DNA of 51,601 nt from a virus (Duplodnaviria > Heunggongvirae > Uroviricota > Caudoviricetes): IMG/VR virus record IMGVR_UViG_2854395284_000002, positions 91,638 to 143,238 of that record. The stretch is one strand, 5' to 3'. The notes below the pieces were generated by a model. That model saw nothing but the letters and a program-made list of their open reading frames with translations, searched no databases and was not told where the DNA came from. The translations under genes were made by a program, and so were the position numbers. Every line of letters starts with the position of its first letter. Positions within the stretch are counted from its first letter, which is position 1. Shown here piece by piece: positions 8,900 to 17,636 of this stretch.

Positions 8900-9094
8900 C
8901 TAATAGTCTTCATCAATACATTCGTCTGCTTCGCTATAATATTGACCATCATATCCTTTTTCCATTAATTTCTCCCAACAATCATAGCATACCAATCTAA
9001 AAGTAATTCCGTGACAGTCTCTTGTAAAATTCATATCATTTCTTTCTACTTTTTTTCCACACACTGGACAAATTCTCATATCCTTTTCTTTCAT
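8900..9094 (-). CDS. zinc-finger microprotein (CPVC...C..C)
   Basis: Cys motifs, RBS. Confidence 0.7.
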   Translation of the reverse strand: MKEKDMRICPVCGKKVERNDMNFTRDCHGITFRLVCYDCWEKLMEKGYDGQYYSEADECIDEDY

Positions 9095-9162
9095 ATTTTT
9101 ATTCCTTTCTATTTATACATTTCTCCATCTTTTGTTCTTGAAAATCGTTCTTTCAACTGGTT

Positions 9163-9786
9163 TTATATAACTTCTTTCCAATCAACCACCTGCTTATATC
9201 CGTCTGCCTGTAAGATGTGAATTTCTTCATCCTTGTCAAGCTCATATCTGTTTTTGAAAAATTCTTTTAACCCCTCTTCTCTTTCTGCTCTCCACAATTC
9301 ATCATGAGTGATTATATCTCCAAAATTTTCCTCATCAGTTGTTACGGTAATATCAGAAATCTTTCCAAAATACATTGCTTCAAGTAAATCTGTATCCACA
9401 TCTCCCTTGACAATGTAATCTTGCCAATCACCTTGACAATAACCTCTAATTGTTCCGTCTTTAAAAGCATCTTCTGGATAAAGCAATCGTAATACATCAA
9501 CTATAATATCTTCTGTACATCTGCATTTATCGTAAAGCTCCTTTAATTTTGCATTTACTTCTTCGGATGTATATTCAGGATATAATTCATAACAATCAAT
9601 ATCCTCTATTACTTCTTTTGCCTTTTGATACCATTCGGCATCTGTATATTTCTTACAATTTCCATTACCAGTAAGAACCACCTGTTCATCAAAATTGTCA
9701 CACCCACAATAATCTTTCCACACATCATTATCATTGTATAACCACCATGTTCCATCGCCGGTGTTGTCAATTCTAATTTCTACCAT
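9163..9786 (-). CDS. phage-type hypothetical protein (RGYCQGDW motif)
   Basis: 207-aa ORF, GGAGG RBS. Confidence 0.75.
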   Translation of the reverse strand: MVEIRIDNTGDGTWWLYNDNDVWKDYCGCDNFDEQVVLTGNGNCKKYTDAEWYQKAKEVIEDIDCYELYPEYTSEEVNAKLKELYDKCRCTEDIIVDVLRLLYPEDAFKDGTIRGYCQGDWQDYIVKGDVDTDLLEAMYFGKISDITVTTDEENFGDIITHDELWRAEREEGLKEFFKNRYELDKDEEIHILQADGYKQVVDWKEVI

Positions 9787-9801
9787 TCCGTTCTACCTCC
9801 A

Positions 9802-10980
9802 TTATGCTGTCTTATTCATCTCAATATATTTTGCAATTCTCTTTTCAGCTTTAACCTTTACATCTTTAATATTAACTGGCAGAATCAAGAAGCTATATGT
9901 ATCTCCCTTAATAATCCACGGGCAAACCTCTTTTGTCCCATAGAAAATCGGGTATTCAGAATCTACGATACTCATTACATCCACAAGAAAATTTGGATTA
10001 AAGCCAATATAAAAATCTTTTTCTGGTTTCTCTTTGACTTCGATTTCATCAAAAGCTTCATATCTCGTTGTACTTGCATACGAGTATAAATTTCCATTTT
10101 CTGCATGAAATGTAACTGGCAATTTCGATTCTTTCAAAATGTCTGCGTCGTACTTCATTGCCTCTAATAGCTCTTTTGCATTTGCAGTAAATTTATAATC
10201 CCATTCATCCGACAACATCTGATTTACTTTGAAGTATTCACCATCAATTCTTTTTGTAATATATGTAAAGTTTTCACTTTCTACTTTTACATACTTATCG
10301 TTCTGAGAAATAATGACTTTCCTTTCTGATTTTTTGTCCAATAATTTCTTAAACACTGGAACACATCTGCAATGCAGTTTTACTGTTTCAAACGGATTTT
10401 CTGTTTCTTTAAAAGTCATATCGTCTTCTAACTGTCGCATTCCGATCATACAGTTCCACAATGCTTCTACACGTTTCTCTTTTGTATTAAAATTGAACAC
10501 GCTCATCATCCGATTAACTTCTTCTCTATTTGCCACAAATACTGACAAATTAGAAATTGTTTCAGATAACCAGTTTTCTTTTACATCCAGAATGTTTTCT
10601 CCGTTATCTAATACCGGAAGAGAAACATCTGTATTTTCAAATCGTGGAATAGAAACATTTTTCTTGCCACACTTGATATTGATTTTCTCTTCTTTATCTG
10701 ATGTGATATCTTCTATGGTAATTTCTCCTGACATTTTTGAAATAATTTTAATATCTTCAATGTCGATTCCGAACATACCAGGTTCTGTATGGTACGTATT
10801 TTCTGTTCTTACTTCAACATAATGCTCAATATCTGTACTAAGAATTTTTAAAATTCCCTTATCGTCAATCGAGAAATATAATCTTTTAAGGCTCGGAACA
10901 GATGCTTTTTTATTTACTACCGTCATTGCTTTATCCATCATGGTTTTGAGTTCTTTTGCGTTCATCGTAAATTTGATCAT
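9802..10980 (-). CDS. dnaN: DNA polymerase III beta sliding-clamp homologue
   Basis: 392 aa; IKFTMNAKEL..MMDKA..VV.K....P.L....F......L.I.STD.E N-terminus, RIDGEY, IGFNP.FL.D, FLILPV C-terminus. Confidence 0.8.
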   Translation of the reverse strand: MIKFTMNAKELKTMMDKAMTVVNKKASVPSLKRLYFSIDDKGILKILSTDIEHYVEVRTENTYHTEPGMFGIDIEDIKIISKMSGEITIEDITSDKEEKINIKCGKKNVSIPRFENTDVSLPVLDNGENILDVKENWLSETISNLSVFVANREEVNRMMSVFNFNTKEKRVEALWNCMIGMRQLEDDMTFKETENPFETVKLHCRCVPVFKKLLDKKSERKVIISQNDKYVKVESENFTYITKRIDGEYFKVNQMLSDEWDYKFTANAKELLEAMKYDADILKESKLPVTFHAENGNLYSYASTTRYEAFDEIEVKEKPEKDFYIGFNPNFLVDVMSIVDSEYPIFYGTKEVCPWIIKGDTYSFLILPVNIKDVKVKAEKRIAKYIEMNKTA

Positions 10981-10981
10981 A

Positions 10982-11209
10982 TTATTTTACCTCCACTGTA
11001 TTATATTTTTCTACGAGATATCTTAATTCATTTCTTTCTTTTCTCAATCTCTCAACATGTCTTGATAATTTCTTATTTCCTTCTAATAACGCTCGATTGT
11101 TATTGCGAAGCGATTTGTTTGAAATTTTGATTCTAGTATTTTCATTTTCTAATTGAGAAATATAAAGTTTCGCCTCTTCTAATTCCATTTTATATTCATC
11201 AATACTCAT
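10982..11209 (-). CDS. coiled-coil protein (75 aa)
   Basis: Heptad pattern. Confidence 0.65.
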   Translation of the reverse strand: MSIDEYKMELEEAKLYISQLENENTRIKISNKSLRNNNRALLEGNKKLSRHVERLRKERNELRYLVEKYNTVEVK

Positions 11210-11224
11210 TTTTCTTCACCTTTC

Positions 11225-11974
11225 TTATGCTATCTTTTCCCATTCAATGTGTGTATTTTTTCTATGTGCTTCTTTTGATACAATGAGGATATCTCCTTTA
11301 TAATATCTAAACATTATATCTTCTAAATGCGGTCTTGCTAAAATGTTCTGTTTAATTTTTGCAATTTCTCTTCCACCGTGTTCAGCTTCATATTTTTCCA
11401 GTACCCATTCTAAATCCTCATAGAAATCTAACAATGCACATTTAACTGATCGTTTATAATTCTCTTCCATGATCTCATGCATTCTTTTTTCAGCAGCTTC
11501 ATATGTCTCAAAAACTTCATCTGGATATCTGTCATTATGACTTCCATAGCACTGCGTCCATGCAGGATATTTCTTTCTCAATCTATATGTATCGTGATTA
11601 AATTCTGGTTCAATAATTGGTTCTACATTTTCCATTTTGACAAGATAACCATTATCAAATAACCACTGAAGATCCGATGGACATGTAAAATATCTACCTT
11701 TCATTGCTGCATTGATTTTTTCTTTTTTATCAAGGTTTTCTGTTACGGTATATAAATCAGTGCTATATGTCCATCCTTTAGGAACTTTTTTAAATTCCGT
11801 TTCTGACTGAAAATCATCAAATGGAACTCCATTTATTAGTCTTATTTCTGGTGGTCTTAACCGTGATACCTTATGTCCACCATACGTTTTTTCATATTCG
11901 TACATTCCATACGAAACATATAATTTCCCGTTAAATCCTCTTTCAACATAATAACAAACCTGATTGTGTTTCAT
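11225..11974 (-). CDS. hypothetical protein (249 aa)
   Basis: AGGAG RBS. Confidence 0.75.
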   Translation of the reverse strand: MKHNQVCYYVERGFNGKLYVSYGMYEYEKTYGGHKVSRLRPPEIRLINGVPFDDFQSETEFKKVPKGWTYSTDLYTVTENLDKKEKINAAMKGRYFTCPSDLQWLFDNGYLVKMENVEPIIEPEFNHDTYRLRKKYPAWTQCYGSHNDRYPDEVFETYEAAEKRMHEIMEENYKRSVKCALLDFYEDLEWVLEKYEAEHGGREIAKIKQNILARPHLEDIMFRYYKGDILIVSKEAHRKNTHIEWEKIA

Positions 11975-11989
11975 TGCTTTTTATCTCCT

Positions 11990-12271
11990 TTACATATTTT
12001 TTAATTCTTCATCTGAATACTTAAGCCACTTGCCAGTTTGGATATTATTCATCCGTTCTGTAAAAGTTCTCTTTCGCATCTCATACATTTCCGTTGCAAT
12101 TCTATACATGTCGTAGACTACATTTTTTTCAATGTCAATGATCATGAACTTATGAGGATCATATGTGTCTAATACATATTGCATAAAGTCTCTAAACACA
12201 ATCAACCTATTTGTAGTACACCAGGTGATTGTTTTGTCTTTTTCTTTTGTTACAAATTTTACATTTTGCAT
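11990..12271 (-). CDS. hypothetical protein (93 aa)
   Basis: AGGAG RBS before MQNVKF. Confidence 0.7.
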   Translation of the reverse strand: MQNVKFVTKEKDKTITWCTTNRLIVFRDFMQYVLDTYDPHKFMIIDIEKNVVYDMYRIATEMYEMRKRTFTERMNNIQTGKWLKYSDEELKNM

Positions 12272-12346
12272 TTTTCTCCTTCCTAATAAATAAGACAGAT
12301 ACATTTCTGCATCTGCCTTATTATTCTCTGTAAAACATATTATTTA

Positions 12347-12610
12347 TTAGCATTCAATTATTTCCCATGTCCATTCGTATTCTCCATCATAAGATGAAAG
12401 ATCTGCTGTTCCATCATCATTTATTGTAAAATCAATTTTATCTCTATCTTTTTTACTTGCATTATTCATTTCTTCCTCATAAGTATTTTGTGCATCTTTT
12501 TCAAGAAATGCATACGCATCATCCTCATTATCAAATGAATCATGGCTTGCAATTTCCTTTTCGTGTACAGAATAACAAATCACTACATATTTTTTCATAA
12601 AAACTACCAT
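12347..12610 (-). CDS. hypothetical acidic protein (about 85 aa)
   Basis: ORF in array. Confidence 0.7.
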   Translation of the reverse strand: MVVFMKKYVVICYSVHEKEIASHDSFDNEDDAYAFLEKDAQNTYEEEMNNASKKDRDKIDFTINDDGTADLSSYDGEYEWTWEIIEC

Positions 12611-12663
12611 CCTTTCTTAAATTGAAACTAATATTTCATTCATGTTTTTATCTAGCTTTCGCT

Positions 12664-12858
12664 TCAGCAAGCTATGAATTCCAAGTTACCCAAGCACTCG
12701 TTTTTCTGTTTCATTTCCAACGCTTTGCTCATAGCATAGTGATAACACTCTGCTTCTGTATCAAAGAAGTTATCTCCATCAAATTCTATTTTACGTTTTA
12801 TGGATTTGATAGAACTTTCTAAGTCCATAACATCGTATTTTGCTTCAAATATCCACAT
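12664..12858 (-). CDS. hypothetical protein (64 aa)
   Basis: ORF in array. Confidence 0.65.
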   Translation of the reverse strand: MWIFEAKYDVMDLESSIKSIKRKIEFDGDNFFDTEAECYHYAMSKALEMKQKNECLGNLEFIAC

Positions 12859-12885
12859 GATAATTCTTCCTTCTAAATTGCACTC

Positions 12886-13125
12886 CTATCTACTCCATTT
12901 ACCAACCTTATTTCCGTTGATATCCATAATTGTTCCGCTTGTTTCTCCATATTCGAGCTTTTCACAAATCTCTTTTAAGATTCTTTTAAGTTCCAATGCC
13001 TCATCCATATTATTCTCTTCTCCTGTATATGGATCACAAAATGCTGCATTTCCTGTTTTGATTTCACATTTAAACATAACTTTCGCTCCCTTCCAATCCA
13101 AGTACATAACAATCTCTCTTACCAT
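12886..13125 (-). CDS. phage-type hypothetical protein (NAAF...RIL...LE.G...G.IMDINGNKVG.W)
   Basis: ORF in array; true start may be MFKCE. Confidence 0.7.
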   Translation of the reverse strand: MVREIVMYLDWKGAKVMFKCEIKTGNAAFCDPYTGEENNMDEALELKRILKEICEKLEYGETSGTIMDINGNKVGKWSR

Positions 13126-13153
13126 TCCAGAAATACGATTTCAAATCTGCATA

Positions 13154-13339
13154 TCAATCACTAATCCTTTCTCTCCACTTTTTAATTCGCACAGGGTAAG
13201 TTACGTTTTCTCTGTATGTTTTCAATTGTGCTTTTGCATCTGCTCTATCTTCACAATTACACTCAATATCCCATCCATAACCACAATTTCCTTCGATTGC
13301 ATAACAATCTTTCGTCTTTCTCTTATATGTCATAATCAA
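13154..13339 (-). CDS. phage-type hypothetical protein (GYGWD...A..QLKTYREN)
   Basis: ORF in array. Confidence 0.7.
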   Translation of the reverse strand: MIMTYKRKTKDCYAIEGNCGYGWDIECNCEDRADAKAQLKTYRENVTYPVRIKKWRERISD

Positions 13340-13740
13340 TATACCTCTTCATAAAATTTAATTGTTCCTTCCTTTTCAGCTTTATATTTCGCTTTATCAG
13401 TAAATAATGTGAGATAAATATCTCCCTCACAATATGTAAATACCGCCATCTGTTCATCTGAATAAGCGTAAGAGCTATAACCATTTACCTGCACTAAATC
13501 GAATTTGCATTTCTTTGCGAACTGATAGCTCAAATCAGACATCCAATGTCCACTCAACATATAGTTTCCATTTCTATCTTCTGTCTCTTCCATGAAGTTT
13601 ACGTTCGCAATCCGTTTTGTATCTTCGTTCAATGGATACACTGACAAATCTAAATCGGCAATGTCATATTCTTCTTTATCTGGGATTCTTCCAGTTTCTC
13701 TAATCATCTGATAGTATTTGTTTCTTGGTATATATTTCAT
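13336..13740 (-). CDS. hypothetical protein (134 aa)
   Basis: TAATG coupling to the upstream gene places the start at 13740. Confidence 0.7.
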   Translation of the reverse strand: MKYIPRNKYYQMIRETGRIPDKEEYDIADLDLSVYPLNEDTKRIANVNFMEETEDRNGNYMLSGHWMSDLSYQFAKKCKFDLVQVNGYSSYAYSDEQMAVFTYCEGDIYLTLFTDKAKYKAEKEGTIKFYEEVY

Positions 13741-14183
13741 TATTTCATCCTCACTTTCATCATTTCTTTTCTGTATTCTTTTATCTGTTCCAAAGTCAAC
13801 CATTCCGGTTTCTCTTCCAGTGAGTTCCAAATCCGTTCCATTTCGTCACAAATTGCTTCTACACTGCCACCCCACAGATGACCTTCATAACCGTTTCCAT
13901 TTCCGAAGAAATAGTTACAATCACTTCTCATTCTGTCTAATAACATGTAATCCTTTTCTCTTGGATGACGAACAAAAGGATCATCGCATTCAACTGGTTC
14001 TGTTACTCTATTACATGGCTCACCACAGATTTCATCCCATTCGGTTCTATAAGCACCTGTGTAGAGATTAAGTCCGTTTTCTCCATTGTTCTCGTCAAAA
14101 TACAACTTCCCATTTTCATCTTCGTAGCATGGAACTTCCATGTATCCACCAAACCCAACATATTTTACTTTCATACTTTTCAA
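13740..14183 (-). CDS. LPD11-domain protein
   Basis: YMLLDRMRSDCNYFFGNGN....HLWGGSVE....EM...WNSL.EKPEWLT.E.I..Y motif. Confidence 0.7.
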   Translation of the reverse strand: MKSMKVKYVGFGGYMEVPCYEDENGKLYFDENNGENGLNLYTGAYRTEWDEICGEPCNRVTEPVECDDPFVRHPREKDYMLLDRMRSDCNYFFGNGNGYEGHLWGGSVEAICDEMERIWNSLEEKPEWLTLEQIKEYRKEMMKVRMK

Positions 14184-14192
14184 CCTGCCTTT

Positions 14193-14403
14193 CTATCCGA
14201 TCCACTGTTTTGTTACTGTGTCATAAATCGCCCCGTTTGCATCCTGATATTCTTTGTATCTGGAATATGTAAACCGTAAACATTTATGACCGTTCGCATA
14301 AACAATGGTCTTATTTCCATTATCAATGGCAAATCTTTCACGCCATCCGGCTGCTTCCCATGCTTTTTTTCATTTCGCCTTTAAATTTTCTTTCCTTTTC
14401 CAT
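14193..14403 (-). pseudogene. gene with a +1 frameshift in an A7 run (MEKERKFKGEMKK/AWEAAGWRERF...TKQWIG*)
   Basis: 211 nt from RBS-linked ATG to TAG; A6 instead of A7 gives a 69-aa ORF. Confidence 0.55.
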
Positions 14404-14405
14404 TT

Positions 14406-14660
14406 TTATACCTCCTGTTTTCTCTTCATAATCCCATTTGCCGCCTGAACACATCCGTATAACCAACCATTCAGGTAATCAATGTTGTAGCAATACTGCG
14501 TCCAATCTCCGTTTTTTGCCCTTTCTTCACTGGTAAAAACATAAAATCCACCCCCATAATCAGCATCTTCAATTTTAATAAAGTCGAAGTTTGCCTTATA
14601 AGACCGCAAGTTATCTTTAATAATTTCTTCCTGACGTTTTGTCATCTTCTTTTTCTCCAA
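14406..14660 (-). CDS. hypothetical protein (YLNGWLYGCVQ motif)
   Basis: ORF in array. Confidence 0.7.
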   Translation of the reverse strand: MEKKKMTKRQEEIIKDNLRSYKANFDFIKIEDADYGGGFYVFTSEERAKNGDWTQYCYNIDYLNGWLYGCVQAANGIMKRKQEV

Positions 14661-14666
14661 TTAAAT

Positions 14667-14700
14667 AAGGCAGCTAGGTATTTATTCTCCTAACTGCCTT
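14667..14700. terminator. hairpin, probable terminator
   Basis: AAGGCAG.TAGG / CCTA.CTGCCTT stem. Confidence 0.5.
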
Positions 14701-14732
14701 TGATTTGCGTTATCTTGTTTAGTTGCTAAACC

Positions 14733-15017
14733 TTACAGATATTCTGCAAAAACCTGAAGGTCAAATTTATTGCTTAACTTTTCAATGGTCATATCTTTGA
14801 GTTCCTTTGCAAGTGATAATTCATTTGCATTGTAAGCCCATTCTATTTTACACCCATTTGGTGTTGCAGGGAATTTTACTTCTACACAAATTTCATTTCC
14901 ATAGTCCGTAACTTCTGTTACTGTACCAAAGAAACTTTTATGAAATCGTACACCATATTCTTCTTCGTACTTTGTATCTGGATTAGATACATATACTAAA
15001 TCACCAACTTTAAACAT
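14733..15017 (-). CDS. SH3/KOW-like hypothetical protein (94 aa)
   Basis: MFKVGDLVYV...GTVTEV pattern. Confidence 0.65.
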   Translation of the reverse strand: MFKVGDLVYVSNPDTKYEEEYGVRFHKSFFGTVTEVTDYGNEICVEVKFPATPNGCKIEWAYNANELSLAKELKDMTIEKLSNKFDLQVFAEYL

Positions 15018-15049
15018 TTGCCTTCACTCCTTTTCTTGAAATCTTAATT

Positions 15050-15355
15050 TCATTGGGTTATGTTATCAAAAAAATCTAATATCTTCGTTTTTTCATAATA
15101 CTGTTTCCAGTTACCGCTTAAAGTTACGCCTATACAAGTACACGGATCTGTATTATGACTTTTCGGTATCTGAAAAACGGCAATACATTCATCGTCAGTA
15201 ACAGTCATATCCGAAAATATCAACTTTTCTAAGCTACATTTTGTTGCGCAGTTTTCTTTTACACCTGTACAAATTCTGTCATACTCCGACTTACACTCAT
15301 CAAAAGATTTTCCTTTAATCACAACAGAATGATTTAAAACTTTAATTTCTGTCAT
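15050..15355 (-). CDS. hypothetical protein (101 aa)
   Basis: Bounded by palindromes. Confidence 0.7.
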   Translation of the reverse strand: MTEIKVLNHSVVIKGKSFDECKSEYDRICTGVKENCATKCSLEKLIFSDMTVTDDECIAVFQIPKSHNTDPCTCIGVTLSGNWKQYYEKTKILDFFDNITQ

Positions 15356-15391
15356 ACAATTATACCTTTCCTATGAAACACGTATTTCTAA

Positions 15392-15922
15392 CTACTTGCT
15401 AATATAAATTCTTACTGAGTTTTCGTCATCAAATGCCTTTATGACATCATCTTCCGTTTCTAAGAATGTATAATTGATTCTGTATCTAATTCTTGCATTA
15501 CTATAAAGTTTCTTGTAGAAATAATCGTCAAACTCCTTCATTGTCATTTCCGTTGGCTTGTCATTTTCAAATACTGTCACACCATCAATTCTATTGAATG
15601 ACACATATTTTCCAGAATGAATTAACTCATCGTAAGTAACTGACTTTTTCAGCATTCTCAACAAGTGCATTCCATAATCATAATAAGTACAATATCTACT
15701 TCCGATTTTCAAGTCAAAGCCCTCTGATTCTTTGGATGGTTTACTATCATTTTTGAATCCTTCTGCAAACTTGATAAAATCTTCTTTTGTATAAATTTTC
15801 CCTTGCCAATCATCGTTTTTTCTGCCTTCATTGTCATTGTTACAACCTTGTAAACTCAGATGTAAAATTCTCCCATCTGATAAGTTCACAATTTTTGTTT
15901 TAAAGATAATACCATATCCCAT
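15392..15922 (-). CDS. hypothetical protein (176 aa)
   Basis: Bounded by palindromes. Confidence 0.75.
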   Translation of the reverse strand: MGYGIIFKTKIVNLSDGRILHLSLQGCNNDNEGRKNDDWQGKIYTKEDFIKFAEGFKNDSKPSKESEGFDLKIGSRYCTYYDYGMHLLRMLKKSVTYDELIHSGKYVSFNRIDGVTVFENDKPTEMTMKEFDDYFYKKLYSNARIRYRINYTFLETEDDVIKAFDDENSVRIYISK

Positions 15923-15986
15923 ATAATCACCATTTGTCTTTCTGATCTTCCTATGAAATGTTGCTTTCTTACACTAAGCTACAATT

Positions 15987-16214
15987 TTAGTAACTTTTAA
16001 TTGAACCATCTGCGTTTACATGCCATTTTTCAGATGGTCTAAAGTTCTTTCCGTTGTTGATATGCAAAATCCATATGTCACCCTTCGGACAAAACCAATT
16101 AGCATGTTCCATCCGATGCTCCATACATTCTTCAAAAGAAGAAAATATATCTACAACTTCACCGCTTCTTTCGCTTGTTTCAACATATATTGCATAAAAA
16201 TCAAACTTAACCAT
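15987..16214 (-). CDS. hypothetical protein (75 aa)
   Basis: GGGAG RBS after the palindrome at 16227. Confidence 0.7.
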   Translation of the reverse strand: MVKFDFYAIYVETSERSGEVVDIFSSFEECMEHRMEHANWFCPKGDIWILHINNGKNFRPSEKWHVNADGSIKSY

Positions 16215-16306
16215 TATTCTCCCTTCTGAAATTTCTCTTTCATCCGATGAATCCATAGAAACAACCAAAAACTTTTTCTGGTTTATGAATAGTTACTGTG
16301 CGAATA

Positions 16307-16489
16307 TCAACCATGTTTTATTACCTCCGTTTCAATTTCGTTCCCATCATCATCTTCCAGCCAATACTCAAGCCCAAGATAATCTGTATCACGCAAATTT
16401 TCTACCAGCATTTTCGCTTTCGGAAGAGAAACAGTTGATTTTAATTTTCTGGCTTGTGTTTCTACACCATTACTTGCTACAATGTACAC
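16307..16489 (-). CDS. hypothetical protein (60 aa)
   Basis: GGAGG RBS. Confidence 0.6.
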   Translation of the reverse strand: MYIVASNGVETQARKLKSTVSLPKAKMLVENLRDTDYLGLEYWLEDDDGNEIETEVIKHG

Positions 16490-16671
16490 ATTCCCTTGCC
16501 TCCTTCTCTTACAGATTTTCTTGTTGCAAATAATCGACCGTCAAGACTCATATATACATCAACCATTGTATTTTTTGTTCTTACATACAAGACGGTCATA
16601 TGCCGCAAAGCGTCTTTCTGTACATATAGTACGGGTTCGTACCGATCAAAGATTTTTATCCAAATCACCAT
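16477..16671 (-). CDS. hypothetical protein (64 aa)
   Basis: ORF in array. Confidence 0.55.
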   Translation of the reverse strand: MVIWIKIFDRYEPVLYVQKDALRHMTVLYVRTKNTMVDVYMSLDGRLFATRKSVREGGKGMCTL

Positions 16672-16967
16672 AAAATCGCTTTCCTTTCTGTGATTAATAA
16701 CAGCCCAAATAAAATGAACGTTACCCCTAACGGCCAGGTATCGCTTGCATATCTAATAAGTAGATACCCAACGCCCATAAGTATCACGCAAAAGATTTTT
16801 TGTGCTATAAGTTTTTTACGCTGCCGTTCTCTTTTGCGTTTGGCTTTCGCTTTCTGGATTTCCATTTTCCGTTGTTCTTCAATATGCTGACGGTATTTTT
16901 CGTAGTTGGTAATATCAATTATATTGTAATGATCTGGATCAAATACAGCACATTGTTGCGTTCTCAA
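16665..16967 (-). CDS. membrane protein with two C-terminal TM helices
   Basis: Basic stretch followed by hydrophobic segments. Confidence 0.65.
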   Translation of the reverse strand: MRTQQCAVFDPDHYNIIDITNYEKYRQHIEEQRKMEIQKAKAKRKRERQRKKLIAQKIFCVILMGVGYLLIRYASDTWPLGVTFILFGLLLITERKAILW

Positions 16968-17208
16968 TTCTTTTCGCTCCTTTCACTTTTTTATTCGACA
17001 TAAGGTTATTCTCTTTAATCAGTCTTGCTTTTACTTCTCTGTTCAGCCGTGTGTTTACTTCAATTCTCTTGTGAGTTACACGGTTTAAATAATGCAAATG
17101 CGATCCAGTACCATCTCTTCCGTTTACTCTTGTTTCTCTGAATCCATTAGGAAATAAATATTCCCTTTCAAAGTCCAGAACTTCCTTTGGCTTTCGTCGT
17201 CTCGACAT
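16939..17208 (-). CDS. HicA-like (dsRBD-fold) protein, orphan
   Basis: L..NGF...R....GSHLHY.N......I.V...L......RLIKENNL. Confidence 0.55.
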   Translation of the reverse strand: MSRRRKPKEVLDFEREYLFPNGFRETRVNGRDGTGSHLHYLNRVTHKRIEVNTRLNREVKARLIKENNLMSNKKVKGAKRIENATMCCI

Positions 17209-17636
17209 TATTCATCGTCTCCTTTTAATAATCCGAAAAATTCTAATTCTGCATCATCCATAGCACATTCATTCATGAAATATTCATACTGTTCTTCGTC
17301 TGCCATATTACATTCTTCCAGAAGAGTATCTTTCCATTGCGTTGCAAGTTCTTCCAGGCGTGAACGTGGAATGTATGTATTTTCCGTTCTAGCACGAAAT
17401 GAATCAATCGCATTCTGCATAACCAGATATTCTTCTCTACCATATTTTCCATACATCCATGAGCAGACAGTGTAAGCCCAACTTCCATCAGCACAGATAT
17501 CAGATACAATCTTGTACTCTTCTGTACTTTCCATTTTGATGAGTGCGTACTCTTTCTTTTTGGCAATGATTTCATAATCAAAGCCAGCTGGATTATGTCG
17601 TGTCTCCATTTTTATTCTCCCTTCTCTCTTATACAA
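17208..17636 (-). CDS. hypothetical protein (about 135 aa)
   Basis: GGGAG RBS before METRH. Confidence 0.7.
   Translation of the reverse strand: MYKREGRIKMETRHNPAGFDYEIIAKKKEYALIKMESTEEYKIVSDICADGSWAYTVCSWMYGKYGREEYLVMQNAIDSFRARTENTYIPRSRLEELATQWKDTLLEECNMADEEQYEYFMNECAMDDAELEFFGLLKGDDE

Larger units (their letters stand above)
748..16242. repeat. Dispersed 16-bp inverted repeat TGAAAY-N4-RTTTCW at gene junctions (about 20 copies)
   Basis: Copies start at 1266, 1710, 2932, 3583, 4180, 4655, 4984, 6068, 6664, 6892, 7541, 7764, 12623, 15037, 15374, 15954, 16227; length variants at 3242, 9139, 13129; degenerate copies at 748, 3811, 5913. Confidence 0.9.

Noticed and set aside
748-16242. Junction palindrome as a CRISPR array or repeat mimic (TTGAAAT resembles CRISPR repeat ends)
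   Set aside because: Spacing is irregular (hundreds to thousands of bp, containing whole genes), only 16 bp is conserved and there are no cas genes; the resemblance is limited to a short AT-rich word.
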